Assembly (NCBI GenBank): GCA_000934665.2
Contig: KZ538038.1
Coordinates: 1-64,000, forward strand
Length of the DNA: 64,000 nucleotides
Origin: Catajapyx aquilonaris
Taxonomy: Eukaryota
Direction of reading: 5' to 3'
A program made the position numbers and the translations under genes. The notes below the pieces were generated by a model. It was given only the letters and a program-made list of their open reading frames with translations. It had not been told where the DNA came from and ran no database searches. Of the stretch, positions 1-11,075 are shown piece by piece. Positions within the stretch are counted from its first letter, which is position 1; every line of letters begins with the position of its first letter.

Positions 1-1448
1 GCACCGTGCCGCTCTTCTCCTTGTTAAGCTTCCTGGCTGCTTGCGATAACCTGTACTCGCACTTTCCGTCAAGCCCCACCAGTATTTTGAGCGCAACTAT
101 CAGGTATGATGCTACAAACGCCTCTGGGCATAGTGCGTGCAGGGACACCTCGTACATTATGGGTCCGTCCCAAACTTGATCAAAGTCCGGTAAGCACCAC
201 AGGACCAATCGTTTGACATATTTTGCCAACTCTGACGGCAGCCGCAAACTGTGCACAACCCTGCGAGAAACTGCGTCCAAATCACGTGGCTTAATTGTAC
301 CCAGCGATGCAAACTGGTGGATGCGAATAGATTCTCGTCGCAATTCCTGACACCCAAGCGACGTAGCACGCAAAACCAGGACGTCTTTCGGCTTCATTTC
401 CATATGCTCGGGTAACAACTGATGAGCCTTTAACGGCAGCCTGCCTTCGAGTGCATAACGAATCAAATCGCAGCTCAGAAGCGTACTTTGCAATTGAGCA
501 AGGGACAAGTTAAGTACAGCGAACACTGTCTTCAAAGTCGCATGCTCAACACTACCCCGCTTGAGCATCCGAGTACTAACACCTTTTTCTCTTAGCTTCT
601 CGTTAATCTCAGCACGATCAGTTTTCTCCTCCTTTACACTTGCGACAGCCTTATGTATTCCCTTCGCTTTTTCCGTCATTTCCACTTCGCGTGTAGGCAC
701 ATCCAACTCGGACGCATCCGTGGTGTCCGATTCCGCACCACTGGTGTCACTCATGTGCGATTCATACATCTTCAACAGCGTGCGCCTCTGAAATAAACAT
801 GCAAATGAGTCTATTGCTACACATCGTCGTTTCGGAGTTGTTCTTACCCTACTGCGACGAGTCCGAGAAAACATCTCGCTGTCCGACTCGGACATATCCG
901 TGTCTGACGTCCGTGGCCGCTTTCTTGATTTACGTGCAACTGGCAGGTTCAGCACAGCCGACACATCCCTCTGCCGCTGCTTGAATGAAAACTTCGGGTC
1001 GACCACTTCCGAGGTGGACGTTGACACGAATGCGACCTCGCTTTCCTGCAGGTACTTGGCCCATATCCCAAAGGCCACCGCAGGCAGCTCCTTGGGCGCT
1101 CCTTCCCCAACCATAATCTCAGCGTAGCTCTTCAGGATCCAGCTGAAGGCTTCCCACGTGGTCCAGTCGCACACACGGCTACCGACTTCACCTGAAGTGG
1201 ACGACCCAGCTGACGGCTTGGAAGGCTTGATCACCGTCTGCTGTCCTCCTGTCGTGTAATCATCCTCCAGCACCTGCTCCAAGAAGAACTACAACACAAA
1301 AAAGGTGAGTACCGGTACAACATTCAACCGCACTCCGGTACCATACCTGCGACTGGGTGCCACATGTGGTGCAGTAGTAGTGCCCCGCATCCAGCACAAC
1401 ATCCGTGTCCCCACACACCGGACACACCTGCCCACCCGATGTCTCCAT
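1..1448 (-). CDS. TAF1B: RNA polymerase I TBP-associated factor subunit B (TAF1B/RRN7), 5' part; runs off the left edge
   Basis: Exons 1448-1347, 1288-848 and 787-<1 with GT-AG introns. N-terminal zinc ribbon CPVC..GHYYCTTCGTQSQ, then WTTWEAFSWILKS, IWAKYLQESEVAF and LLSCDLIRYALEGRLP, all resembling TAF1B/RRN7. Confidence 0.85.
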
Positions 1449-1733
1449 CCTGGCGCTTAATCAGTAATTAATAAGGTAATTAAGAAAAACACGTGCAACT
1501 CACACGTTGTCACCGGCGAGAAGCCATTTCGATGACCAGTCGGGGAGAAGCCATTTCTATGACCAACCGGCGAGAAACCATATTAGAGACGTCACAGGCG
1601 AGAAGTCATTCTAGAGCGATATCGATATGCAACTACTACCGATAGATGATGCCGGTAGCAACAGGACGATAGCACCACGCCCCAAAAAATTCATCGTGAA
1701 ATATTAATTATTGTTAATTGATCCAACGAAATT
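1449..1733. promoter_or_regulatory. Bidirectional promoter region between TAF1B and CHMP3, with a DRE (TATCGATA at 1620-1627)
   Basis: Only 285 bp separate two divergent ATGs, and a perfect DRE palindrome is present. Confidence 0.65.
1511..1616. repeat. Four degenerate ~27-bp tandem repeats (core GGCGAGAAGCCAT)
   Basis: Units start at ~1511, 1537, 1564 and 1593, e.g. caccggcgagaagccatttcgatgac and cagtcggggagaagccatttctatgac. Confidence 0.75.
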
Positions 1734-2544
1734 ATGGGGCTGTTCGGTAAGAGTCCGCAGCGTGACCCGAAGGAGCAGGTGAACGAATGGCTGCACAAGC
1801 TGAGGAAAGAGGGGTTCCAACTGGACAGGCAGATTAGAGGTGATGTCGTTGTCCGCAACACTGACTGGTTATTAAATAATTTCATTTTTTAAATTACTAA
1901 TTGCAGCCATACAGAGGGAGGAGGAGAAGGTGAAGAGGTCGATGAAGGAGGCTGCCAAGAAGGGCGACAAGGCCGTCTGCACGGTGCTGGCGAAGGAGGT
2001 CATCCGAGCGAGGAAGGCCATCACTAAGATATACACCTCCAAAGCGCACATGAACTCTGTGCAGCTCCAGATGAAGCAGCAGCTGGCCACGCTCAGGGTC
2101 GCAGGGTCGCTCCAGAAGTCAACGGAGGTCATGAAGGCAATGCAGACGCTGATCAAGGTTCCGGAAGTGGCCGCCACCATGAGGGACATGTCGAAAGAGA
2201 TGATGCGGATGGGAATCATAGAGGAGATGCTGGAGGACACCTTCGAGGGACTGGAGGACCAGGATGAGCTGGAGGAGGAGGCGCAGGAGGAGGTCGACAA
2301 GGTACGTCATAATTACTGCTAATATTCTGCAGGTTTGTAATCTGCCCATTACATACAGGTCCTGTGGGAGTTGACTGCCGGACAGATCGGAACGGCGCCG
2401 GAAGTGGAAAAGAACCCGCCGTCCGGAGCAGAAGCCGTTGCCCCAGCCCCCGTCCCATCCTCATCGTCAGCAGCGGTTGAGAGCGAAGAGGAAGAGGAGG
2501 AGCTGGAAGATATGCAGTCGAGGCTCCAGGCACTCAGAAGCTAG
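1734..2544 (+). CDS. CHMP3: Charged multivesicular body protein 3 (ESCRT-III VPS24), ~228 aa
   Basis: Exons 1734-1839, 1907-2301 and 2359-2544 join in frame. MGLFGKSPQRDPKEQVNEW...SKAHMNSVQLQMKQQLATLRVAGSLQKSTEVMKAM...MQSRLQALRS is a classic VPS24/CHMP3 sequence. Confidence 0.97.
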
Positions 2545-3492
2545 CCCTTGGCATGCGCACATTTGTACAAAAATTACACAATGCAGTATTTACTTGTTTT
2601 TAAAAATATTTACTGCTTTTTTCCCCTGCTATGTCTCCAGAGAATGTAAATAATTTATTGTGATTAGAGGGGGGAGAGAAAATTTATTGTGCCTTTTTTT
2701 GATGACGGGCAGACTGACAATTTGGGACTTGCGGCAGGTTGTGTGATTAAATGAACTAATCGATAGCGTTTTAGGTGGTATTGGCCTCCAGTGATGTAGC
2801 GCAGAGACTCATCAAATACGAACCAGAGAAAATAAATATTGGCTTTTTGCACCCAATTAAGTGCACTAATGCTGATAGTTTTTTACCACCATCATGTAAA
2901 CCACCTTTACACAGTATATGCAGTGGAACTTGTTGTACTTGAATTACTCGCATCCAAGTTATTTATTGAAGAAATAACACACTATAATGCCCCGATTGTA
3001 CCAAAGAAATTACCAATTCAATAGCTCCTATCAGATCGTTATTAGCACTTGTCGAAAGGGCTCCTAGCGATCCATTAGGAGCTATTCCGTTGATGCAATT
3101 GGACATAAATCTAACCGTTCTGTACTACAATTGTTGTTGTTTGTTTTTTTTCAAACTTTTCAAACTTATATCTTCCACAACTTCAAAAAATATTCTGGTC
3201 CTTTGGCGAGTCAAGTTACAAAGTTCCGCTGTATATTTTAAAAATGGGCAAACTAATCCACTACAAGGCAATCATTTTTGATGAAGACCATTGCTACTCA
3301 TATAACCAAATAATTGCAATTGGGTACTGATAGCCTCAAGAATGCAAAGGCATCTTAGGAATGCAATAAACATGAGCTCCATGATTGACGTGGGTTTATA
3401 AATTTAGTTTCCTTCAAAACCCAAGTGCTACAGGTGGACAAGAGAATAATTCTCTGCATATTTCAAGTTAATCAAATTTTCTCCCGACTTAA

Positions 3493-3630
3493 GGTGCGTT
3501 TACATGTGAGCGATTTGACGAGCGACATCTTCGCCTAAACCCAAGTAACCAATATTGTTTGCGGCGAAAATTAATTGTTGATTTCAGACTCAGCGATGAT
3601 TTTGCTCCGCTTTGCTCACATGTAAACACC
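3493..3630 (+). mobile_element. MITE-like element with terminal inverted repeats GGTGCGTTTACATGTGAGC / GCTCACATGTAAACACC (copy 1)
   Basis: TIRs are visible directly, the element is preceded by TAA, and a homologous inverted copy lies at 24645-24782. Confidence 0.7.
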
Positions 3631-4723
3631 GCCAGATACGCAACCAACCTGGACACATGAAAAAATATTTAACTGAGTCCTTTTTTTTAAAAAGGGTCAA
3701 GGTCAGCCTGGAATCCCCATTAACACAGATGTCCTTATCAAACACTGTCATCACTCACATACTTGTAATACCACCATGTCAGGAAGGATGGTTGAAGCAA
3801 GTGGCGGAACAAATTATATTGTCTAGTTATATAATCAGCCAGTAAATCATTAACTTTTCAGAATAAAGGCTAGCCGCTTAAATCCCGCACAAAAAAAGCA
3901 TGAAGTGAAACATAACACATCATTTTTCCGCCCCTCATGGCAATAACCAGATCTGACAACATAATCCATCCAAGACAACAATGCAGTGTGTGAGAAAAAA
4001 AAGCAGCATTCCATCAGCCAAGAAATATATGATGGGGGACACAGTGCACCAAGAGGGGCTGCTGGTGTCCTTGTCCTCATTCTTTCTTCTTCCTTGGCCC
4101 TCCCCCATTCTTCCTTTTTCCTCCATCCCACAACCCACTGGTTAAAATACCTTCCATAGCTACCAGAATAAAAGGTCAGGGTCAGCCTCTCTCTACTGTG
4201 GAGGTAAAAAGGTTCCGTTTTTGGTGATGGCCAAGGGTCCCCCTCCTCCAGAGGAAAACAAGGGACAAGGCCAAAAGAGGGGACACTTTTACAAAAAGGA
4301 AGAAAAAAAAAGGGATCTTATTTTTTTTTTTTCTTCCTTAGTAGTGTACCTGTAAATAACAGGAACGGCTATTCACAAAAGCGGACATTGAAAAGTGATA
4401 GCAGAGCGAAAGGTGCGCCTTTTGTCCCCCCCTCAACTTAGAGGTGCCCCTTCTTTTTTTTAAAAGGGGGGGCTAAAATCCCCTCAGGTGAAAGCTCCCA
4501 AAAAGGCCCTGGTTGTTTTTAAGATGGAAAAACACCGTATTTTGAAAGGACTGGCCATAAAACTTGTTTTGTTTACTATTATTAGACGGCCTCTAATGCT
4601 GCATGGAAACACATTTGGACTGAAAAAGGCTGTTAAATTTTTAACAAATAATTTAAAATTCACTATTTCATTTTCACAACTGTTAAATGATGTTGAGCGA
4701 ATTTTAATTGCGAACAAATGGGT

Positions 4724-4792
4724 AGGAAAAATTGCTCAAATATAGCTCGCAATTGACGGTCAATTGCGAGCTATATTTGAGCAATTTTTCCT
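4724..4792. repeat. Perfect 34-bp inverted repeat with a 1-nt spacer
   Basis: aggaaaaattgctcaaatatagctcgcaattgac-g-gtcaattgcgagctatatttgagcaatttttcct. Confidence 0.95.
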
Positions 4793-4903
4793 GCCTAAAG
4801 ATTCCCTTTTTGTGGAGGACCAATCGTCTTTTTTTTTCTGAGAGGGTCGGTCATCCATCAAGTGGGACAACTGGGTTTTGTGAGGGGTGGGAAGACCAGA
4901 TGT

Positions 4904-4941
4904 TATAAAAGCAGGGAACCCCTCTGGAGGGAGGTTCAGTT
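4904..4941 (+). promoter_or_regulatory. Core promoter of the FAS1 gene: TATA box plus TCAGT initiator
   Basis: TATAAAA at 4904-4910 and TCAGT at 4936-4940, 15 nt before the ATG at 4956. Confidence 0.6.
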
Positions 4942-4955
4942 CTTCTGGAGAAGAG

Positions 4956-6683
4956 ATGGCAGCGTGTTGGGTCATCCTCTTGTTGGTGGTGGTGGTCCAG
5001 TCGGTTTTAGGGGAACCGGCGGTGGACCGGACATTCTTCAGCTGGTTCGGAGGATCCAACGAGAAGCAGCCGTCCACATTGGCCCTTGTCCCGTCGTCCC
5101 ACCAGCAGATCTACCCTCCCAACGGCGGCGGTGTCTCTCCAGGAGGAGGAACCGGCTGTCCATTCGCAAACGCCTGGCCTGCCCTCCAGCTGCACTACCA
5201 GCTGCCGTCTCCTCCAACACCATTCGCCCTAACACCACCGCCTCCAGCAGCCAGCGTCCCAACAACCACAACCACAACAACAACGACCACCACCAATCCT
5301 CCGACCACCACCTACGTTCCTCCACAACCTCCAGCCAACCTGGTCAGATGTCCTCTGGTCGGAATCAGTCCAGCAGCCATGGCTGGACCAATGCTGATCC
5401 CTCAAAGACCATCCGGAGACTACCAAGGTTAGGGCGATGGGACATACCGACAAACTTTCCCTTACATAAGACAGGTTTAACTACTCTCAGTAGTCTGAAA
5501 ATGGGATAGGCAGCCTGTGGACATAGTACTCACTGCTTTTCATTTCCAGAGGAGCCGACCGGTTGGTCATCGTCTGGTCCGGGGTCATGGTCCGGTCCTG
5601 GAGGCTTCAGAGGACCACCTTGCAACATCCTCCAGCTGCTGGACCATCCCGAGTTGTCTCAGGTGCGATCGCTGGTGAGACAAGCCGCTCTTGAGGATAT
5701 GTTTGCGTCACCAGGTACTGTACATGACATATCATGGCTATAAGAGATCTGACCTCAAGTGTTGGCGACATTTCACAGGGAACATGACCTTCCTGGCTCC
5801 TGTGGACTCTGCGTTTCTGAAGCTTCCTCGAACAGTGATGGCCACCCTTCAGAGCAGCCTGAGCATGAGTCGCGCCCTGCTTCTCTCACACATGATACCC
5901 GGAATTGTCTCCCTCAACAACCTTTACAACGAGCAGCTGCTGACCACCTCTCGTCCGGGGTCACCGCCAGTCAGGGTCAACGTCTACCGACTGGCAGGAA
6001 GCGAGGTCAGTCCCCCGCATCTTAACATCCCAAAACCCATCAAGTAACACTGACCACTTTCAGCCCGTGTCGCTGACCCTGAATGGAGTGAGGGTCATCC
6101 TGGCCGAGGTCAAAGGGTCAAACGGTCAGCTGTACCTTCTGGAGGACGTGGTTCCGACCATGCCCAGCAAGACCATCGCGGACCACCTGGCCGACGCCAC
6201 ATTGTTCGGAGGCTTCTCCACCGCCGTGTTGGCCGCTGACCTCCAGGGTCTTCTGCAAGGTCGAAGCCCTTTGACCCTATTCGCCCCAACGCCACAGGCA
6301 TTCGAGGCATTCCGGATCGGCAACTCCGACGTCCTTCTGGGCAACACCACCGCCGTACAAGGTTAGTCCACGTTTCGTACGGTTCCATCAAGCAGCTGAC
6401 CTTTGACCCTATTGCAGAGTTTGTCTATTACCACCTGGTGGCTGGCACCCACCACAGCAGTGGTCTGATGGACGGTGCTCTGCTGCCATCACTCCTGAAC
6501 GGCACCGAAATGAGGTGCCATGTCACCATCGACGGCTTCTCCCGTCGCTTGGCCCGTGTCAACGGAAACATCCTGGTGGTCAAAGGCGACATCCTGGCAC
6601 TGAACGGTGTCATCCACATCGTCGACAAGGTCCTCGACCCTGCTCCAGAGGCCCTTCTCAGGGGGCTCCCAACCTACTGGTAA
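4956..6683 (+). CDS. Secreted fasciclin (FAS1)-domain protein with a Pro/Thr-rich N-terminal region, ~475 aa
   Basis: Exons 4956-5427, 5550-5714, 5779-6005, 6064-6361 and 6418-6683 (1428 nt, in frame). Signal peptide MAACWVILLLVVVVQSVLG and a poly-Thr/Pro tract. FAS1 motifs TFLAPVDSAF, NGQLYLLEDV, TLFAPTPQAF, YHLV and NGVIHIVDKVL indicate two FAS1 domains. Confidence 0.88.
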
Positions 6684-6888
6684 TATTACCGCGCGCCAAT
6701 CAACACCAGAACAATTAGCGCCTAGCTCCATCGGGTTCCGCACGATCACAAATTAGGAAGTTAATCACGCACGTGCTGGCCACAAAATTAATTTAAAAAG
6801 TGTTTCTTTCACACTAGCTTAGCAGTGTTGTGTGTGTAGTCAATAAAGACTGTGTTTTTTTTTGGGGGACAATAATTTCGTGTACTAT

Positions 6889-8186
6889 TTATTGCCTGGC
6901 TGAGTTTGGCACTATGACCACTCCCTTCAGCGTTGGGTCAGCCTCCTGCTGCTTCATGTCCTCCTTGCCCCACTTGATCCTCTCCTTCTCCTTCCTCTCC
7001 AGCTCTATGGTCTCCTCGTCAGTCACCAGGAACAGCCGGATCAGGAATCGGACAGGTGCCCACTGCCTGATTGTCTCCAAGAACGGGATTGACCTCTTCC
7101 CCTTCAGCCCTGTAGGTGACCTCTCCACTTTCTCCCACAGGCTCATCAGGTCCTATATACGCGACAATACTAATAGGCCCTTGATGGTCATCAGTACACT
7201 CACTATGTACTGACCTTCCTGTCGTAGTCTGGCTGCTGCGTGTTCATCATGTAAGCGTTCAGGAGTCCTTTGTAATTGTCGAAAAAGTGCTTCTGTTTCC
7301 TTTTGGCGTCCTCCTCCACCTGCATCATCTCCAGCCTCCTCTGCTCGTCTATGCAGGCCACAGTGAACAGCTACAACCACACTCACGAGTGATCAGCGAA
7401 CTATATGCATCCCAAGTAGCACACGAATATCCCTGGAAAATCCCATGGATATCCAAATATCCGGTGGATATCCATGAGATTTTCCAGGGACGTCCGCTGG
7501 ATATTTGGATATCCATGGGATTTTCCAGGGATATTCGTGCTACTTTGGGGGCAGGAAGGGTTGACCTTATCTTTACCTTGAACTCTTCATAGTCCAGCAC
7601 TTGGTCTCCGCTGATGTCAAACTCGTTGAAGATGGATTCGACCGCATTTTTGTAGAAGCTGAACAGGAATCCGGTGCTGGTGAACTCTCCGCAGGACACT
7701 GTCCCGGACGCGTCCAGATCCAGAAGCATGAACACCACCTTGGCATGCCTGTAGATAAACTCCTTCTCGCGATGCTCCTATACAAAAAAAAAAAGGAGGG
7801 TCAAAATGGTGCCAGAAAAATGACATATCCACTGTGTACCTTGACAGCCACCAAGATACAGGCCATCAGATAAAACTCGTTGAAATCTACTTCCCCGGAT
7901 CGATCAGCATCTAAAAAATTGAACACCGCGTAGATCTGGCTCTTGGACAAATCCGTAAAATGCTCCAGAAACTTCCACACTATTATATCTGGAGCAAAAA
8001 TGGGAATTAATATTTAGGTCAATTTTCCTCTCCCTATTGGAATTAGTACGAACCGTTGAGAGAGTTGTTTTCGTGCAGATCCAGTATGTTAAATATCTCC
8101 AGGATGACCCTGGCTTGCTTCAGGTTCAGCAGGGTGTGCCTCTCGTTCAGGGTCATCGACTTCAGAATATTAGAATTCACCTTCAT
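6889..8186 (-). CDS. EFCAB9: EF-hand calcium-binding protein, EFCAB9-like, ~300 aa
   Basis: Exons 8186-8054, 7988-7840, 7777-7577, 7370-7215 and 7152-6889 (903 nt, in frame). The segments ILDLHENNSLND, FLEHFTDLSKSQIYAVFNFLDADRSGEVDFNEFYLMACILVA, EFIYRHAKVVFMLLDLD and IFNEFDISGDQVLDYEEFKLFT are colinear with EFCAB9 as I recall it. Confidence 0.8.
7411..7549. mobile_element. Foldback/MITE-like palindromic element in intron 3 of the EFCAB9-like gene
   Basis: Near-perfect ~55-bp inverted arms (cccaagtagcac..gaatatccctggaaaatcccatggatatccaaatatcc and its reverse complement) with internal GGATATCC sub-repeats. It enlarges this intron to 206 nt against ~60 nt for the others. Confidence 0.75.
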
Positions 8187-8673
8187 TATTGATTCAGAGA
8201 AAAAAAAATGAAGATTCGAATGTCCCTCTTTGGGGACAGCGCCTCACCCGGCCGATAAGTGAAGCAGCCTGCAATTGAACCGCACAATTACACAGCAATT
8301 TGCGCAATAAAAACTGGCATGTACAATATTACCGAACCACCTGCTATAAAGCAACGGTATCGTTAGAAACGATGTGAAATAAACAGTACAATTTGTGCTA
8401 TCGTTAAATGAAGAAATTGCGGGATGTACCGAGTAGGCAGCAGATTCGAACAAGTACCTCTGTGGCCCTCCCTAATTTTCGGGTGGTCCGAGGTTGATGG
8501 GACTCAACTAAAGTTAAGGAATATTCCCCACGACAGTCCGACGAATTCAAGGAATTCTTACCAAGACGTTCCACCCATTGGCGACATTGACCATCCCTTT
8601 TGTTGTTGTTGTCAGCAACATCAACAACAACAGTGGAACAACGACTCCACAAAATTTTGGGTGTGTCAAAATC

Positions 8674-10306
8674 ATGGCAGATTTGCTCAATACGGTATGT
8701 ACATGTATGGCTAATTGTGATTTAATAATAATTGTGCGGTGCTTGCAGGTTGTAGCGCAATTGAACACCTACGCGCTGCCGCCGATTGATTACGTGGCAC
8801 GCACACGGTGTACCACGAAGAAGGGTACGTGGGTCATCGCTCACTTCAGCAAGTGCCCCAGCATGTTCCTTGGCGATGCGTTCACAACCGGTGACGAGCC
8901 GCTCAGCAAGAAGAGCATGTTCCAGATGAAGCCGCCTACCAACCCCGTCGTGGTGTCCACCTCGAAGGCCATCAGGCAGGTTGATACCGACCTTCCTTGC
9001 AGGGTCATACTAACCATTGTCAAACCAGGTGGAGGTTCCTGTTCCGGCCGTCAACAATGGAAGGGGAGAGCCTCGCCTCTCCCACTGATGTTACCATCGC
9101 GGGTACCATCAATCGCCCCAACACTGCTGATCCGGAGGGTGAGGCGAAGGAGGGCGATGCGAATCAGGATGACCTGGAGGCGGAGAATCTGTCCCTGATG
9201 CTGTGCCTGGAGTACATGGGCCTGCCTCGCAGGACTCGAGTCGAGGTTGATCTCAGAGTCTGGCTGGTCACCAACAAGAACAAGGAATTTAATCCAAGAT
9301 CAGCAAAGCATGTGTTCACCAACGAAGGCGCATTTGGGTTCCCCGACTTCATTTCGCATGTAAGGTAGATCTGTGTAAGTGTCCGAAAGGTTGTAACCGA
9401 ATTTGCTTTCCAGTCAATAGTGATGGAAAACCCACGAGGCATATGCGACGACAACAACCTCCGCATCAATTGGTCAATCGAGGTGCGAGAGGAGACATCC
9501 GTGGTGTCGTCGGTGCCAAAGCCCATCAGCACCTTGTACTCGGACGAGGGGGAGACAAGTTTCCTGCACCTGCTGGACTTCCTGGGACCCTGGAGCGACA
9601 TAATCGTGTGCTCCACACCCCGTGCGCATGACCTCCACTGCCACTGCGTGTTCCTCTGTGCGGCCAGCCCTGCCCTGGCTGAGATGATCCTTTCGCTGGA
9701 AGCAGAGTTGGGCGGGGAGTCAGGTCGGAAGATCACCGGACGTCCTCTGGAGCTCAGGCTGGATCATCCGCCCCTGGCTGTCAGGGGAGCAATGCAGTAC
9801 ATCTACACTGGGAAGGTGTCTTCAATGGAAGAGATTGCTGGAGGTTGGGGAATGCCTTCCTACTTTCTGGAGTCGCACACACTTCCACTCGTTTGATTCC
9901 AGATCTCCTTAAGGTGGCCAACTCCCTGCAACTCACACAGTTGAAGTACGCCTGCCAGGAGCGGCTCGTTAAATCAATCGGGGCTAACAACGTGGCCAAG
10001 ATGCTTTCCTTGGCCGTAGACCACGATGCTAACCTGCTGCACGAAGCTCTTCTCGGATATGCAAAGAGCAATGAGAAAGTGAGTAGAAACGTCATATCTC
10101 TTCAGTTGGTCGCCCCCATGTCGGATGCTTCGTTTCAGATGCTGAAAGCTGTGAACAACTGGCGAGATGCGCTGGACTTCTATCCTGCATTCAAGGTGCT
10201 CATCTCGCCTGAATCCAAGGAAGAAATCACCAACCCTGAATCCAATCAAACCATCAGCACTGGAGACACCATCAACACATCTGGCTCCACAATGTCAACG
10301 GAATAG
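8674..10306 (+). CDS. Divergent MATH-BTB(-BACK) protein, SPOP/roadkill-like architecture, ~450 aa
   Basis: Exons 8674-8694, 8749-8975, 9029-9359, 9414-9843, 9903-10078 and 10139-10306 (1353 nt, in frame). MATH-like WVIAHFS, RWRFLFRP and AFGFPDFI; BTB-like WSDIIV, HCVFLCAASP, MQYIYTG and DLLKVANSLQLTQLKYACQERL. Confidence 0.8.
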
Positions 10307-11075
10307 CTGCTGTCATACACAAACGAACCAATCTCTCCTGCACATCATTTCACACATAAGTCGAGATGAACAAAATTGGAAATGTAAATAAAAAAAAAAC
10401 AAAATTAAAACCTCAATTTGAACTTATTTTTTTCACGATATCAACCATACAACCGGACAATTCAAGAACCACAGATTACCTGTATGGTTAACATGGCAAA
10501 AAAAGATGGCATTCAGATGCAATGAAATTGGTGTTATTAGATGACGGAATAAACATGCACTGTTATCCAACTTGCCCCCATTTTTCAGGTACGTAGCCGA
10601 CATAAGTAATGAGGGCAGCATGAGATTTTAAAAACTTACTACTTGCTCGCTTATCAAAATGAACTAAAGTGATTGTGAAGCATTCATATTGAATCACAAT
10701 GCTGCTGTCACATGAAATTGATTCAACTGTATAGTGACAGCAACATGAGAAAACTAAATCAATATATGCGATATGGTCCTCAAAACCACAAACGCTTTAA
10801 AAAAATATTTCTCAAAAATTAATTGGAACATCAACTACCATTTTTCACAGGGTATCGTTTTGTAGCTATGCAATTTATCGTAATGATGTCACGGGGAAAA
10901 AAAAAAAAAAAATGTAGAAGACAACAAAATGTACTGCAGCAATGCAAACGAATACCTTCAACAAGGTTTCTAGCATTGAAATTGTGCATGTCACGTTCCT
11001 TCCTAATCATCTGGTAGGTACGTGGTTGAGCATCTACATCCAAGAACATGGGAATGCATCTAGGGCATGGTGATT

